From NCBI GenBank assembly GCA_029953675.1, contig JAMWBK010000001.1, positions 3,038,001 to 3,102,000 of the forward strand: a DNA stretch of 64,000 nt, in the 5' to 3' direction. Below are positions 35,025 to 46,545 of the stretch, piece by piece (position 1 is the first letter of the stretch; each line of letters starts with the position of its first letter). A program made the translations under genes and the position numbers. The notes under the pieces are model-generated. The model saw only the letters and a list, made by a program, of their open reading frames with translations, did not search any database and was not told the origin of the DNA. The stretch is from Rhodosorus marinus CCMP1338 (taxonomy: Eukaryota > Plantae > Rhodophyta).

Positions 35025-36347
35025 ATGACGGATTTTGAGGTGAAAGACGCGGCTATGGTTGGTGCCTACCTTGGCTTGTTCGAAGCACTACTCTTGGTTC
35101 CTTGGTTTCTTTCTTTCTAACGTTTGATTTTACGTCCTTTTGTTGTTATCAATTTTGCAGCCGCTACTGTTTGACCCAAATCAGAAGAAGAAGAAGAAGA
35201 AGAAGAAGGTTTTGACGGAAGAGGAAGAGGTTGTGGAGGCAGCCGCTGGGGTGGAAGAAGTCTCGATCGGTGCCGATGGTGAAGATGCGCGGAAGGATGG
35301 GGAGCTGGAGGATGCAGGAGTTGGCACCACGTTGGACCCTGGTGTTGGCGGTCTAATGGATTTTGGGAAGAAGAAGAAGAAGAAGAAGCCGAAGGTACAA
35401 TTTAGTGGTGGGGAAGATCTCGAGGCAAACACGCAAGGACCTAAAGTCGACGATGAGGATGAATCAGCGTTGCCGTGGGCCGGTACAGACCGGGACTACA
35501 TTTACAAGGAAATGCTAGATAGGACCCTATTTTTACTCCATGGGAAGCACGCCGGAGTGGAAACGAAAAAGACCTTCAGATCACGGCCACCTGTGGTCAA
35601 GAAAGAATCTAACAAGAAGAGTTTGCTCGTCAACTTCACAGACATTTGCAAAGGGTGAGTTGCACTTAGTCCGTACCAGAGCACGTCATGAAACTCAAGA
35701 CAAGAGGTCAACGCGGGTTTTTTGTCTAGGTATCGGAGACAACCGGAGCATCTCCGTGCGTACTTGTGTGCAGAGCTCGGAACTACAGGATCTTTGCAAA
35801 GCAACGGCTCCCTCGTAATGAAAGGCAACTTCAACGAGGCGGGTATTGAAAGCGTTCTTAAGAGATATATCAAGGAGTACGTAGCATGTGGTTCATGTCG
35901 CAGTCCCGATACGGTATGTTGTTCCCGAACATCCCCTTGCAATGATTTCGAGAACCACCACTGGACATTAGCACAAGTAGACATTTTCCCAGCGTACGCG
36001 GGCCGCAGTTTTCCTCTGATTGCACCGTAAAGGTGCAGCCTTTGGTGAAGTGTGACGTCCAAGGACACCCATTGCTCTTTCGACGTCATGCGGGCATGCA
36101 ATGCCAGGCAGTAATTACCATAGACACCTATCGGTGGTAATCGATTTTCTTCTGGTTGTATTTTTGATCTACATGAACCACTGAATCGCTGGTCGCGCAT
36201 TTCTGTGTTTACTGAAAACTGCAGGTGCTGATTCGAGACGCAAGTTCGCGATTGTATTTCCTTCAGTGTGAAAGTTGCGGTGCGAGTAGATCTGTAGCTG
36301 GAATTAAGCAAGGCTATGTGGCACAAATCGGCAAGAGAAAGCATTAG
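35025..36347 (+). CDS. EIF2S2: Translation initiation factor eIF2 beta, multi-exon
   Basis: Two poly-Lys tracts, RDY.Y.EML.R, NF.DICK, R.PEHL..YL.AELGT.GS, C4 zinc finger CGSCRSPDT...[10 protein letters not shown]. Confidence 0.95.
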
Positions 36348-37044
36348 GGGGAAAGCGAATCTTTTCTGTCGTCCGCCAATGTTGTTCGAAAATATTTGCT
36401 CGTTCCGCTTCTTTCTCTCTATCAAGTACCACAAAAAATCACTGCCATGGCAGTTGGTACCCTTTTCGCTGAACCGGATTTGCTCGACTACATTTTTAAA
36501 AGATTTCAGATTTCCCTAGAATTGATCTGCTCTCTGTTGGACTTGGACCTTTGCCTTCCGCCAAAGTCCCTGCGCCGTAGGGACCCAATAGGGGGTTTCA
36601 ATCTTTTTATCCCCCCCCCCGATATACCTTTTGAGAGTATTCAGATGAGTACTGGACCCACTGGTCATTTGGACCGATTAGTCGCTTACAACCGGAACCG
36701 GGATATCATGGGTGATTGGAGTTTAGCCTTCCTCATTCAACTACGTCGAACTGATGGATAGAGAAATTCGAATTCTTTTCTTTCCAGGGAACCTGTGAAA
36801 TCCATACTTCAAACGCTGGTCATTTACAACTTTATTTGAGACTCTTTGGCGACATGGATTTTCGGCTTATTTCGTTGATTCTTCAGCTGCCCTGAAGTAG
36901 TATGATACGAGGACTCTCCGCGGGAGGAACGCTGCATTGTGCGCAGTCTCGAAAGTTTATCCACAAATTCTCCAAGCTAAATGGAGCATCGAGTGCCAGA
37001 ACGTAAAACTCGTCCTCACAATGAAAGAAGACCTGACCAACTGA

Positions 37045-37689
37045 TCACCCTCGTGAAGCTTGCGACTCCATAGCGCAGAGGTTCGTGTACATCTTTGCCA
37101 TTGACCGAAAACCCCGGTTGTCGCCGTTTCTCAGCAGGTTACCTGCGTCACAATTTAACGGACTGTCTGGTTCAGGGTGTGAGAGAAGCAGCAGTATTGC
37201 CCTGCAAGTGGACGACAAAGTCCATGCAGGACTCCACGCGGTCTTCAGAATGTCCAGACAGATTTCCCCCGTCTAGTATGCGGCGGAAGGCAAAGTGAGG
37301 TTAGCCATAGAAACTCCTAGAAGTTTCCTCGCAGAGAGGTGGTTGAGGAAGCCACCTACCTTCGCATGTACATTCGGGTGAAATATTTTTGTAACAAACC
37401 TAATATGCGGTGGTGACAACGGGTATTGCCTCGGAACGCTCAAGTCTAGCTTGAACGTGCCCCCCTATACATCGAACGAAGTTCTCAAAAGCTAAGATGC
37501 ATTGTAGAAGGCCACGTCCGAAGCAAAGTACTCGCTCACCTCGTACGGAGTACCCTCAGGGCCTTTAATGCTCCCGCGCCAGTGGTACAGGTTGCTCTCG
37601 TCCGGTATTAAGATAATCTCCGGATCATTGCTCTTCGCCATTTCAGCCCGAAGGTCGCGAGACTCCTTTAACAGCCGGTTGGAGCTCAT
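37045..37689 (-). CDS. PEX4: Peroxisomal ubiquitin-conjugating enzyme PEX4-like, 3 exons
   Basis: GPEGTPYE|[11 protein letters not shown]|[42 protein letters not shown]. Confidence 0.9.
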
Positions 37690-38528
37690 AATCGAGAACT
37701 TTGTGCAAAACCCAAAATTCTAAAAAACAACAGTCACGACCTCACCAAAGCATGGACCACCTGCTTCACCCGCCTCACTCCGTCCACATCCCTCCCTCCC
37801 ACTCGACCCTCTCGCAGTCGAGCACGAGATGCTCTCACCCCCTTCGCATAGAAAATTCCATTCGCCAGCCATGACAACCCCAAGACAGCTGTCAAAAAAG
37901 TTGCGACAACCTGTCCTAGTGTTGGATTTCAATGTGCTGGTGGAACTGCCGCGTTACGGCATACATTGTCATATAGGTTTGTTCCCGTCATCATCGAGTG
38001 CTTTGGCTTATCGAGTGCTTTGGCTTAGTTGATAGTGCAGGTTCTCGTTGGCTTCGTACGCTCTTTCGTAGCAACCCAGGGCGTCTTGAGAGCCTCCGTA
38101 GGGAGCTCTCTTCGACCCTATGGCGGTTCCAAAGCTGCTTTATTGTTGGACGCGCGTCATCAGCGGCTGGCTTCTCGCTTCTCAGGGTAGTTAGGGTCTG
38201 AAAAAACGGATGACGAACGTCACATGGAAAAAGAGGGTCCATCTGTTAAAAAGTCAAGCTGGAACGTCACGTGAAAAGTGTGTGGATGTGCTAAATGTGA
38301 AGCTGGAACTTTTCACCTCAAAGTGAAAAGTGTGAAAAGTGTGGATTACCTACTACATGAGCGTGTGTTTGGTTACTGTTTCTGCTGTCTCCTGGACAAT
38401 GATCTGAGCTCACACACCCCAATAAGTTTGCAGGTCCGAGGAAGTGCGATTATTTTTCTGGGAGCAGCAGACGAAGAATAGAAGAGCTTCAGTTTAGTTC
38501 TGTCTTAGGGCATAGCCTTAAGAGGAAA

Positions 38529-38944
38529 ATGGAAGGGGGTGATGTACCCCCGGGGTATGTTTGCCTTGTGAGCTGCGATAAGCATGAATTTCTGATCGAA
38601 CGAAAATATGCGGAGGTCTCGAAGCTGGTGAAGAGGACGCTGGAGAGTAAGGTCTCCCAGAACTGCCCTCGGGATGATTCACTTTCGGTTGTAAGTTCTA
38701 ATCGAATCACCGCATGTCTGCGTTCTTCATCTTGTTTCGCTATCTTGATCCAGGCGGGTTTGGCGAGGCATTATCCAGAAGAATTGAGCTCCCAACCGTT
38801 TCCAAAGAGTGCTTGCTGCTAGTTTGTCAGTTTTTCTATTACCGCATAAAGTACAAGGACGTACGGGGTCCCAAACCCGAGTTCGAGATTCCGCTGAAGG
38901 ATACTGTGGACCTGATGATGGCGAGCGATTTCCTTGATGCGTAG
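38529..38944 (+). CDS. ELOC: Elongin C, 2 exons
   Basis: V.LVSCD.HEFLI, F.EA...IELP, VCQFFYYR.KY, PEFEIP...DLMMASDFLD. Confidence 0.93.
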
Positions 38945-39334
38945 TCTACCAGCCATAGCCTACTTGAACTGGTTTAGTCCCTCTCTTTTTTGTTTTTGCA
39001 CCTCACAGAATTCCTGACCGATTGCAGTTGTAGCCGGTTCGTCTGCTCGCATCTGGTCCTTTGTTTTACACGCGGTATGAAACCCAGTGCGATGATGAAA
39101 CCCCAGTAAACGGGGTGAACAGTTTCCTTGCGGGATTTGCCGTTCTAGCTTCTCGGGATTGCTAGCCCTCAAATAAAGTCCTGGTGCTAACCTGACCGTT
39201 ACCCGTAGAAAGTGATAGAAATGGTGTGAGGTTTCGGTAGTTTGAAGTACATAGTATTTCGAAGTAGGATTTTAGCCCGTTTACCGTGAGCTTAACCTTA
39301 CGCACTTTTTGCTATAAAGGTTGCTCTCGGTGAA

Positions 39335-40075
39335 AGGAAAGGTTACGGAGCTCTCTGCGAGGTGCCGTTGCTTCTCTCGGCGGAATGCAGCGGCTGTCGT
39401 TCCAAGTCGCTTGACGGTGTAGACTTGTCGGCTGCTGCACGGACCGGTGAGTGTGTTGGTGTGCAAATCATCCCATTCAACCAATCTTCCTTGTATTTTT
39501 GAGTTGCATTCCTCTTCTGAAGGTGCTGCTATCTGGACTACCCTCGTGCTCTGTACTGCTGCGATGAACGCTTGCTTGTGCCTCAAAAACAAGAGGCGAG
39601 GATTGATCACGCTGATAGTACCGGATGCGGACCGAAAGACATTGAACGAATTGAGTGCCAAAGTTCGCGAACTTGCTCAAAAGGCGAAGGAAAACACTTT
39701 CTCCGAGCGGAATTCATAGGCTGTACATTCACAGCCAGATCGGACCTCAAAAAAATCCGCAAATACGCATCGGCAAGTAGCTGGTTTCCGGTTGGTTGCT
39801 CCTTGATGGGCTTAAATCGCTGCTTCACTTCACAGGTCAGAAACTTGGGCATGTTTTAGCATTGATGAGTTCTCCGCTGTCATAAATACACACCTGAATC
39901 CGCAATTTTGGCTGTTGGGACGGGCCGCCAGAGGGTTGTTCCCAACGGCGACGGTGGGTTTACTAACATGACTGCAACTTTGAGCTGTGACCATCGCGTA
40001 ATTGACGGCGCTCTCGGAAGTCCCTGGTTAGCCTGCTTCCAGGAGAATATTGAAGATACAATGAACATTCTGTGA
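39335..40075 (+). pseudogene. DLAT: Pyruvate dehydrogenase E2 (dihydrolipoamide acetyltransferase) catalytic-domain pseudogene fragment
   Basis: GLITLIVPDADRKTLNELSAKVRELA, NLGMF/SIDEFSAVIN/PESAILAVG, ATLSCDHRVIDGA; +1 T at ~39855 (creates TAG) and a +2 insertion at ~39890; intron remnants retained. Confidence 0.82.
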
Positions 40076-41870
40076 TAAGCAAATTTGCTACTTGAGTGTA
40101 GCGGACAAAGCACAGGTCTACTGCGCCCACGGCTATAGATCAAGTCCAGGATTTCTTTGAAGCAATCAAGCAAAAGGCTGAGGTTTATTCACTGTCAGAA
40201 TGATGTGAGATCATGAAAGCACGACAGAGCTCGCATTGCTAGCACGGCTGCAACTACGAAAACAAGCACGTCCCTAGCTCGGGTATAAATTACACATTGC
40301 CTGGTTCTGACCGAGCTTCCTTCCCGCGTGAGTCAATGAAGCAGCACATCACATAGTCTTCGACGAGAGTACCTGAACTCCAGATGAAAGGGGAGCTTTG
40401 GGTTCAGCGGATCCTCACGGGCCGAAATGCAGCTGTACCCAGCATGTGGAAACTCATAATTTACGTACAGGTAGCAACGAGCAGTTCGAAGTCAAAATCT
40501 GGAGCGATACTTCTGATAGTCAAAACAGTCTCTGGGCTAGGCGGTGAATGCTTTCCTACGGATGAGAAGACGCGTTTAGCCACCTCCTACATTCCATTTG
40601 TGCTTTCTAAATCCAATTTGCGTGACAGTTACCATTGCGAATTGATCCGGATAGCATCGCCAGTCTTTGTAACTCTTCATGGCTAACGTGGAGAAGAACC
40701 CGTTTTTGGCTCATCTTGCGCAATGGCGAGGAGTTCCACCCGAATCCCTCTTATGGACGAAACTGGGGCAGTCTGAAATGTTTTCAACTAGCTCCACAGC
40801 AAGGTCCCTCTGCGGGCGACACAGAGTTCGAACGTTTGCTCAATTCGAAAGGCCGTAGCAAAACGTAGCACTTGTAAGCACCCTACCGCCCCCCCCCGCG
40901 CATGTAGAGAACGGCTTCGGCAAAAGGGAAGAGAGAACCGGAAACGTAAACCATGAAACTTGTCTCTCCCAAGACGTCCTCCAAGTTGGACAAAGCGACA
41001 CGTCCCCATGCTTCTTGTGGCAAGGCAAATCAGGCCTAGGTCCGTGTACCACATGAAACGTACATACTGCCTTACTTCAGCCTGGCATAGTTTTTCTAGC
41101 CCCGGGGTAGTTGGAACCATCCGCTCTGGTCAGTGGGAGGGGCTTGGCACAGCTGGACATTGGGTGGCTGCTTTGGCCAGAACGCGGAGAATTATGTTCG
41201 ATCGTCAAATAATGATGCGCGAGTTATTTCTCACAATTGAGAGGAAACCTATTCATGTTGGTGACTGAGGCGCTACTGGAATCTCTGGCATTTCCTTTGT
41301 TTTCGCCTCAGCTGCGGGAGGATAAACTTGCGGTTTCAGAACACAAAGTCCGCGCGTGGGGCCGACGTTCACGGTTAGCGGTGACTTAGCTGAAGCGCTC
41401 GCACGGTTGACGAGGTAGATGGGCAATAGTGGTTTGTCTCGCGCGTACCGGAGGGAGTTTGCTGAAGGGGACTTAGTTACGAGTGCGCAGTCGTTTGACC
41501 GATGGCCCCGAATGGGCTTCTAAGCTCGGCTTTCCTCGGTGCAGTGACATCGTGTATACTACAGGGGTTTCTCGCTCAAGGCAATGCCCGAAGTACGGGT
41601 GCTGTCCAGAAGTTGTAAGCCATGAATTAGTTAGGTTGCTTGAACAATGCAAGCGATCAATACATCATCTACGGTGTTCCAGACGTCTTGTCGTACGTGG
41701 TTACTTTTTTTTACTTTTTTTTAACGGAAATGGTTACGCGGAAACTATTCTTGGCAAAGCTAAACCCCAGCATGGCGCTCTACCTTTTAAGAAGTGTTCA
41801 GACATCCTGTTTATGCACTCTTGCTCATTCAGCTCCCTTGCGCGGTTGCCCTCCAGAGTTTTGCAAAGAA

Positions 41871-42647
41871 TCAATTGACGAAGTCAGCAGCAGCAGTGGC
41901 ATATTTTGATCCCTGAACGACCCTGAAGTTTGTCCTACGCTCTTCTAGCGGTGGCAACGCTCCCTTCGGATGCCCAGTTGCTAGAAGGTTGCCTGCATCA
42001 TCGACGAGCACAAAACTTGTGAATTTTGAGGGTATCCACACGAGCTTGAATGCTATCCTGCTGCGGAACTGGACATGGGCCACGTCTTGAGGAGGGTCCT
42101 TATTGCATCCAATCATGCATGTTGACCAACTGCCTCCCCCACCCAGCTCTGGAAGAGAAGCGATTTTTATTCCGGGACCGAGCTGGTTGCTCCATGCCAT
42201 CCCCTCAACTTTTCCTTCGTTTTCGTTATCAGCCTCGTCATCCCTCATCGTAGTTAAGTCACAATGGTTATAATCGTTAAACGAATGGCCCGTATATCCA
42301 GCTCCTGGCTTTGCGTCTGGGAGGTCTCGGAGTCCCCCAGCCCATAGGAGTTTCCTCCGAACTTCATCCCAGCTACCACTCAGGTCCTGCTGTGAGAGCT
42401 GTTCGACACGTTCATGGACAGATCGCAGTCGTACTGTTGCAGTTCCCGGGTATGTCTCGTCCACGAACGGTTCATGACGACTATTCGCGTCCGGGTGCGG
42501 ATCGCTGCCCGTGCTCATTTCCCTCGACGCCAAATTCCTGACAGAAGAACAAATTATTGAACTCGCCAGGGACACAATGAGCGCAAAAAGTAATAGAGAA
42601 GCGAACTTACCCACTCCGGGAATACCTCCGTTTCCCATTGGTTTCAA
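41871..42647 (-). CDS. Hypothetical protein, probably conserved, with N-terminal hydrophobic targeting segment (258 aa)
   Basis: Intronless ORF with enzyme-like motifs GHSFNDYNHCDLTTM, GSWSTC..GC, DVAHVQFRSRIAFKLVW, FVLVDD. Confidence 0.75.
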   Translation of the reverse strand: MKPMGNGGIPGVGKFASLLLFALIVSLASSIICSSVRNLASREMSTGSDPHPDANSRHEPFVDETYPGTATVRLRSVHERVEQLSQQDLSGSWDEVRRKLLWAGGLRDLPDAKPGAGYTGHSFNDYNHCDLTTMRDDEADNENEGKVEGMAWSNQLGPGIKIASLPELGGGGSWSTCMIGCNKDPPQDVAHVQFRSRIAFKLVWIPSKFTSFVLVDDAGNLLATGHPKGALPPLEERRTNFRVVQGSKYATAAADFVN

Positions 42648-43377
42648 TGCATGGAAGCCTCCCCGTCTTTCTTATTGACGTGTTTTGATGAAGAGCCTTG
42701 CCCTTCCAACATGAACTAAGAAGGCTGCGGGAGATATCCCAGGTACTGACAAAGCACAACATTCTTCGAACCGTTTCCCACAGCGTTTCCCAGGGATCGG
42801 GACTTGCTTCACGTACACCAGAATAGAGGAGCAACACCTCGATTAAGATATCTTCCGCAAAAAAGCTTTATAGATCCTCAAAGCATCCAATGGATTCAGT
42901 TCGCCCTTCCATGCAACAACCTAAATAGCCTGGACTGTGTGAAGTCTCAACGAAGCTAAAGGGAAGATCTTCAAACTAGGAAAAAGTGCCTAGCGCTGCG
43001 AGGTCACTAGAACGCCTGAGCTCCTAGGTGCAAATCAAAGCAATGGAAAACCCCGGGCAAGGTACATACGCTTTTACTCTTGCCAGAGAATTACGGAGTA
43101 CGTCCCCAAAGGACCGACGTCATGGATGCTGACGCAGCAAGCTGTTGGTTATCTAATGGGCCGGCACTCGTAGAGGCACTACAGAACAAAATACGAGTAT
43201 AAAGAAGCGTTAACTTTCTACAAAAGTAGAAAGAAGTGTAAAGAAGTGTAAAGAAGTGTAAGATTGTCAAGAGAGTACCACATAAAACAAGAGTCAGCCC
43301 TTGGACTATGCATTGCCCTCCTAATCAACTTAAAGATCCCTAGACTGCTATTACCACATGAAGCTCAAGAACGTGCT

Positions 43378-43530
43378 GGGTCCAAAACCCGAGTTTTAGA
43401 TTCCGCTGAAGGATACTGTGGACATGGTGGAGAGGTATTTCCTTGATGTGTAGTCTAGTGCTTTCCACATGCATGCCCTGTCTACCAGCCATAGCATGCT
43501 TGAGCTGGTTTTAGCTCCTTGACCTTTCCT
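43378..43530 (+). pseudogene. Duplicated fragment of the Elongin C last exon and 3' UTR
   Basis: GGGTCCAAAACCCGAGTT..GATTCCGCTGAAGGATACTGTGGAC...CTACCAGCCATAGC matches 38866-38990, with an extra ~26 bp. Confidence 0.85.
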
Positions 43531-43939
43531 TTTCTTTGGTGCGACCTCTTCAGGCGCTCGACGCCGAAGGATCGGCCGCAAAGTGCGAGAAAGGAAACGA
43601 TTGATCTGAGTATGGCGGCGCGTTCTAGTGCTTTTTACTGAGGCCTTCGCTTTTTTTCTTCAAGAGCTAGCAACCCCGTGAAGGAACAACTACACACTGC
43701 AGATAGCTTGGTCAACACAGACAGCTTGCCTGACTCCTTGGTCCGAGATATGCACGTCACGAGGGAGCAACATTCGACTTCGCCGGTACAGTCAACTCAG
43801 GTGAGTTGCTCACTCAGACTTCAAAACCGTCACAGAAGAAAAGGTGGTTTGATCGGCAGCCGTTGCCCAGCGTCGGGGGTGAGAGCGGGAAGCTCTGATG
43901 AGCTCATTGCTTCGATGCGCTTCGTGCTTGAAGAGATGC

Positions 43940-45421
43940 CTATTCCAAGATAGGGTTTCTGATGGGCCTGCCGGGGTATACTCCTTCCACAATCGTTGAG
44001 TTCCGCACAATCGGAATGCCGTTGACGATCACGTGCGGTATCCCTGACGACGCTGCAGCTCCATTTTCTCTTGTCGCGTTGTCCGTAATCGTCTCCGGGT
44101 CAAAGATTGTTATGTCGGCATCACAACCCACCTTGATTCTTCCCTTTTTCGCCATCTGCGCTACTCCGTTGTCCTCCAAGAACTTGCAGAGTAGGTAACT
44201 TGTTTTCGACACTGCAGTCATAAGCGGCATGGTCTTCTGCTCGCGAGCATAGCGGAATACCTTAGCGTATGTTCCCGCGCCACGCGGGTGTCCGTGGGCT
44301 TCTTCATCGGGTGTGTCATAAGGAACTGTCGTCGCACCCTCTTCGTTGTGGCAACCATCGGCATCGATATAGGGCACTGCGTCGCTTCCAATACAGACCG
44401 TGGGCCAGGCCATGGCTTTGACCATGTCTTCCTCCCGGCAGTGCTCGAACAGTATTGTCGCCCCAGGGTTCTCTCTTAACTCGGTCTCGTAAATCTCCTT
44501 GGTCAGAGGCTTCATCGTCTTGACCAAGGTGATATCCTCATAGGTATGTCCCATGTTGTTCTGGTAGTTGTCGGGATGGAGATAATCTGCCATCAAAATG
44601 GACGATCCAAAAGTGTACGGGTACATCTCAAGGATAAATTTAGCCCCATTTGCGTTGGCGTCGTCGACAAGTCTTGCCATCTCTTCGACCTGGCTAAGCA
44701 CTTGCGCGTGATAATGGTGCACAATCAACCCAGCCCCGACCACCCTGGAGTTTCCTATTGCTTCCAGAATCCCGAGCATACCCTCCGTTGGAAGGGACTT
44801 GCTTGAAAAACGCCCGTGTACTGTTGCGAAAGACTTGTACTTGCCCGCTACGGCCCACACACGGTTCAGCTCGTAGGCTGAAATGCCTGTTACGGCGTAC
44901 CCAACGGGTGTGCCGATACCGAGAGCGCCTTTCTTAAGGCCAGTTTCAGCAAGGTTCACTATGATTTCCACCTCCTCGTTGGTAGCCGTTCGCACTGACC
45001 ACTGGTTCTTCGATTTCCACATCTCGAGAAACAAGTTCCCAGTATTCGGGACGATATTACTGAACACATCATCCCGTATAGGTAAGTGCCCAACCGTAGC
45101 ACCGTAGTTGGCCTGCGCCCGGCCTTCCATCCGATTGTAGTAAACGTCAACTGGCCATGCGCCTGCTTCAAGGTCCAGCTGAGTAGTCCTCCCATCCAGA
45201 ATCCCTTTTTTCACCCCAAACCAATCGTTAGAGCTATGCGAATGCCCGTCCACAAACCCAGGCGCAACTACCAACCCAGAGGCGTCAATCCAATCCTTTC
45301 CATCCAAAGAGTCTGTCGAGATAGCCGCAATCTGGCCATCTAAGACTCCCACATTAGCCACTGAGTCAAACCCAGTTTCAGGGTCCATAACCCTCCCATT
45401 TGCTATCACCAGATCGTACAT
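43940..45421 (-). CDS. N-acyl-D-amino-acid deacylase-like amidohydrolase (bacterial type)
   Basis: 493-aa intronless ORF; YDLVIANGRVMDP, VAPGFVDGHSH, TVHGR, GSDA, HPRGAGTY, KGRIKVGCDADITIFDP. Confidence 0.92.
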   Translation of the reverse strand: MYDLVIANGRVMDPETGFDSVANVGVLDGQIAAISTDSLDGKDWIDASGLVVAPGFVDGHSHSSNDWFGVKKGILDGRTTQLDLEAGAWPVDVYYNRMEGRAQANYGATVGHLPIRDDVFSNIVPNTGNLFLEMWKSKNQWSVRTATNEEVEIIVNLAETGLKKGALGIGTPVGYAVTGISAYELNRVWAVAGKYKSFATVHGRFSSKSLPTEGMLGILEAIGNSRVVGAGLIVHHYHAQVLSQVEEMARLVDDANANGAKFILEMYPYTFGSSILMADYLHPDNYQNNMGHTYEDITLVKTMKPLTKEIYETELRENPGATILFEHCREEDMVKAMAWPTVCIGSDAVPYIDADGCHNEEGATTVPYDTPDEEAHGHPRGAGTYAKVFRYAREQKTMPLMTAVSKTSYLLCKFLEDNGVAQMAKKGRIKVGCDADITIFDPETITDNATRENGAAASSGIPHVIVNGIPIVRNSTIVEGVYPGRPIRNPILE

Positions 45422-46289
45422 TTTTGCGCACCCTTCCTGTTTTTCAGTACAATATTAACCTCCCGATGCAATTCTAACCGTCCCAAAATTCACCCCTCCC
45501 GTTTGATCAGTCTCCATCAAGCTGCATCGCCGCCATCCTGCCCCATCTTGGAAAGGTTGCTCGATCGCAATATGATGATTCATACCTAAACATATCGGTT
45601 TGTTAACCTCAAAGCAAACCAAGTGGGAGCGAATTCCCAGCCGTCTCAACACACAGATACTGAATTTTCAGAATGAAAAAAAGAAGAAAAAAAGAAGAGA
45701 TAAGGAATACGTTATTTCAACATGTGTTTATTCAGCGCCTAATTAACCCCTGAGAAGTGAGAAAAACGAGATGCGCGTGATGCTGCGCGTCCAACAGTAA
45801 AGCGGCTTTGGAGTAGGAGCGCCGTCTGGTCTAAGAGACCAATGTACTATTGGTCTCTTCGAGGTCGCTCTCAAGACGCCCTAGATAACTTCAGACTTAC
45901 GAGAGACGCATTTCCGTGAGCTGGGTGTGTACCACGAAAGAACAAAACAAAATGGCAAAAAAAGGAAAGTAAAAGTTTCTGGAAGGTCTACTCCTGGAAT
46001 TAATAAACGAAAAAGCAAAAGTTTCAAAAGGAAAAAGGAACTCCGCTTTTGTTTCCTGTTTTTGGTCAGTGGCACAACGCAACCGTCAAATTTTTTCCCC
46101 GACCATCAATATCTGCCTGGTTTTGCTCAATCCGATGTGTTACGCATTTCTAGGCTTGACGTACCGAAAAACAAAAAGCCAACGCCGTTGGAAAGTTAGT
46201 ATTAGGGGAAAAAAATCTCCCCAAACGTGCGACTAAGTGTCATTCAACTACTCAGTCATTTATGCTATTTTGATTCATACAAGATTGCC

Positions 46290-46410
46290 ATCTCCGTCCG
46301 ATAAAAAATGTCCGATTGCGTCCGATAAACGTTTATCGGTCCTGTTTGTAGTAATAAAAGAGAGCATTTTGTGTGGACCCTCGTCCGATAAGTGGTCCGA
46401 TAAACCGATT
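46290..46410. repeat. Cluster of GTCCGAT(A) motifs
   Basis: Five or more GTCCGAT(A) copies in ~120 bp; CCGTCCGATAAAA is the reverse complement of TTTTATCGGACGG at ~28721. Confidence 0.75.
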
Positions 46411-46545
46411 GCGTCGGATATTTTTCAATGAGTTTTTTCATCTTTTTCAGTGGTTGGTCGTGTTTGCGGACTCGACGAGGTTTGATTTTCAGGTGTTACG
46501 GGGTTACGTTAGTCCGCGAGAGCGACCATAGAGTAGTGGTATTGT

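Noticed and set aside
35183-35207. (AAG)n microsatellites here and near 35370
   Set aside because: They encode the normal poly-Lys tracts of eIF2-beta
40170-41870. Multiple 70-130 aa ORFs
   Set aside because: No homology recognised; cannot support a gene call
19023-45421. D-amino-acid gene cluster (dehydratase/racemase plus D-aminoacylase)
   Set aside because: 24 kb apart and separated by housekeeping genes; racemase activity unproven
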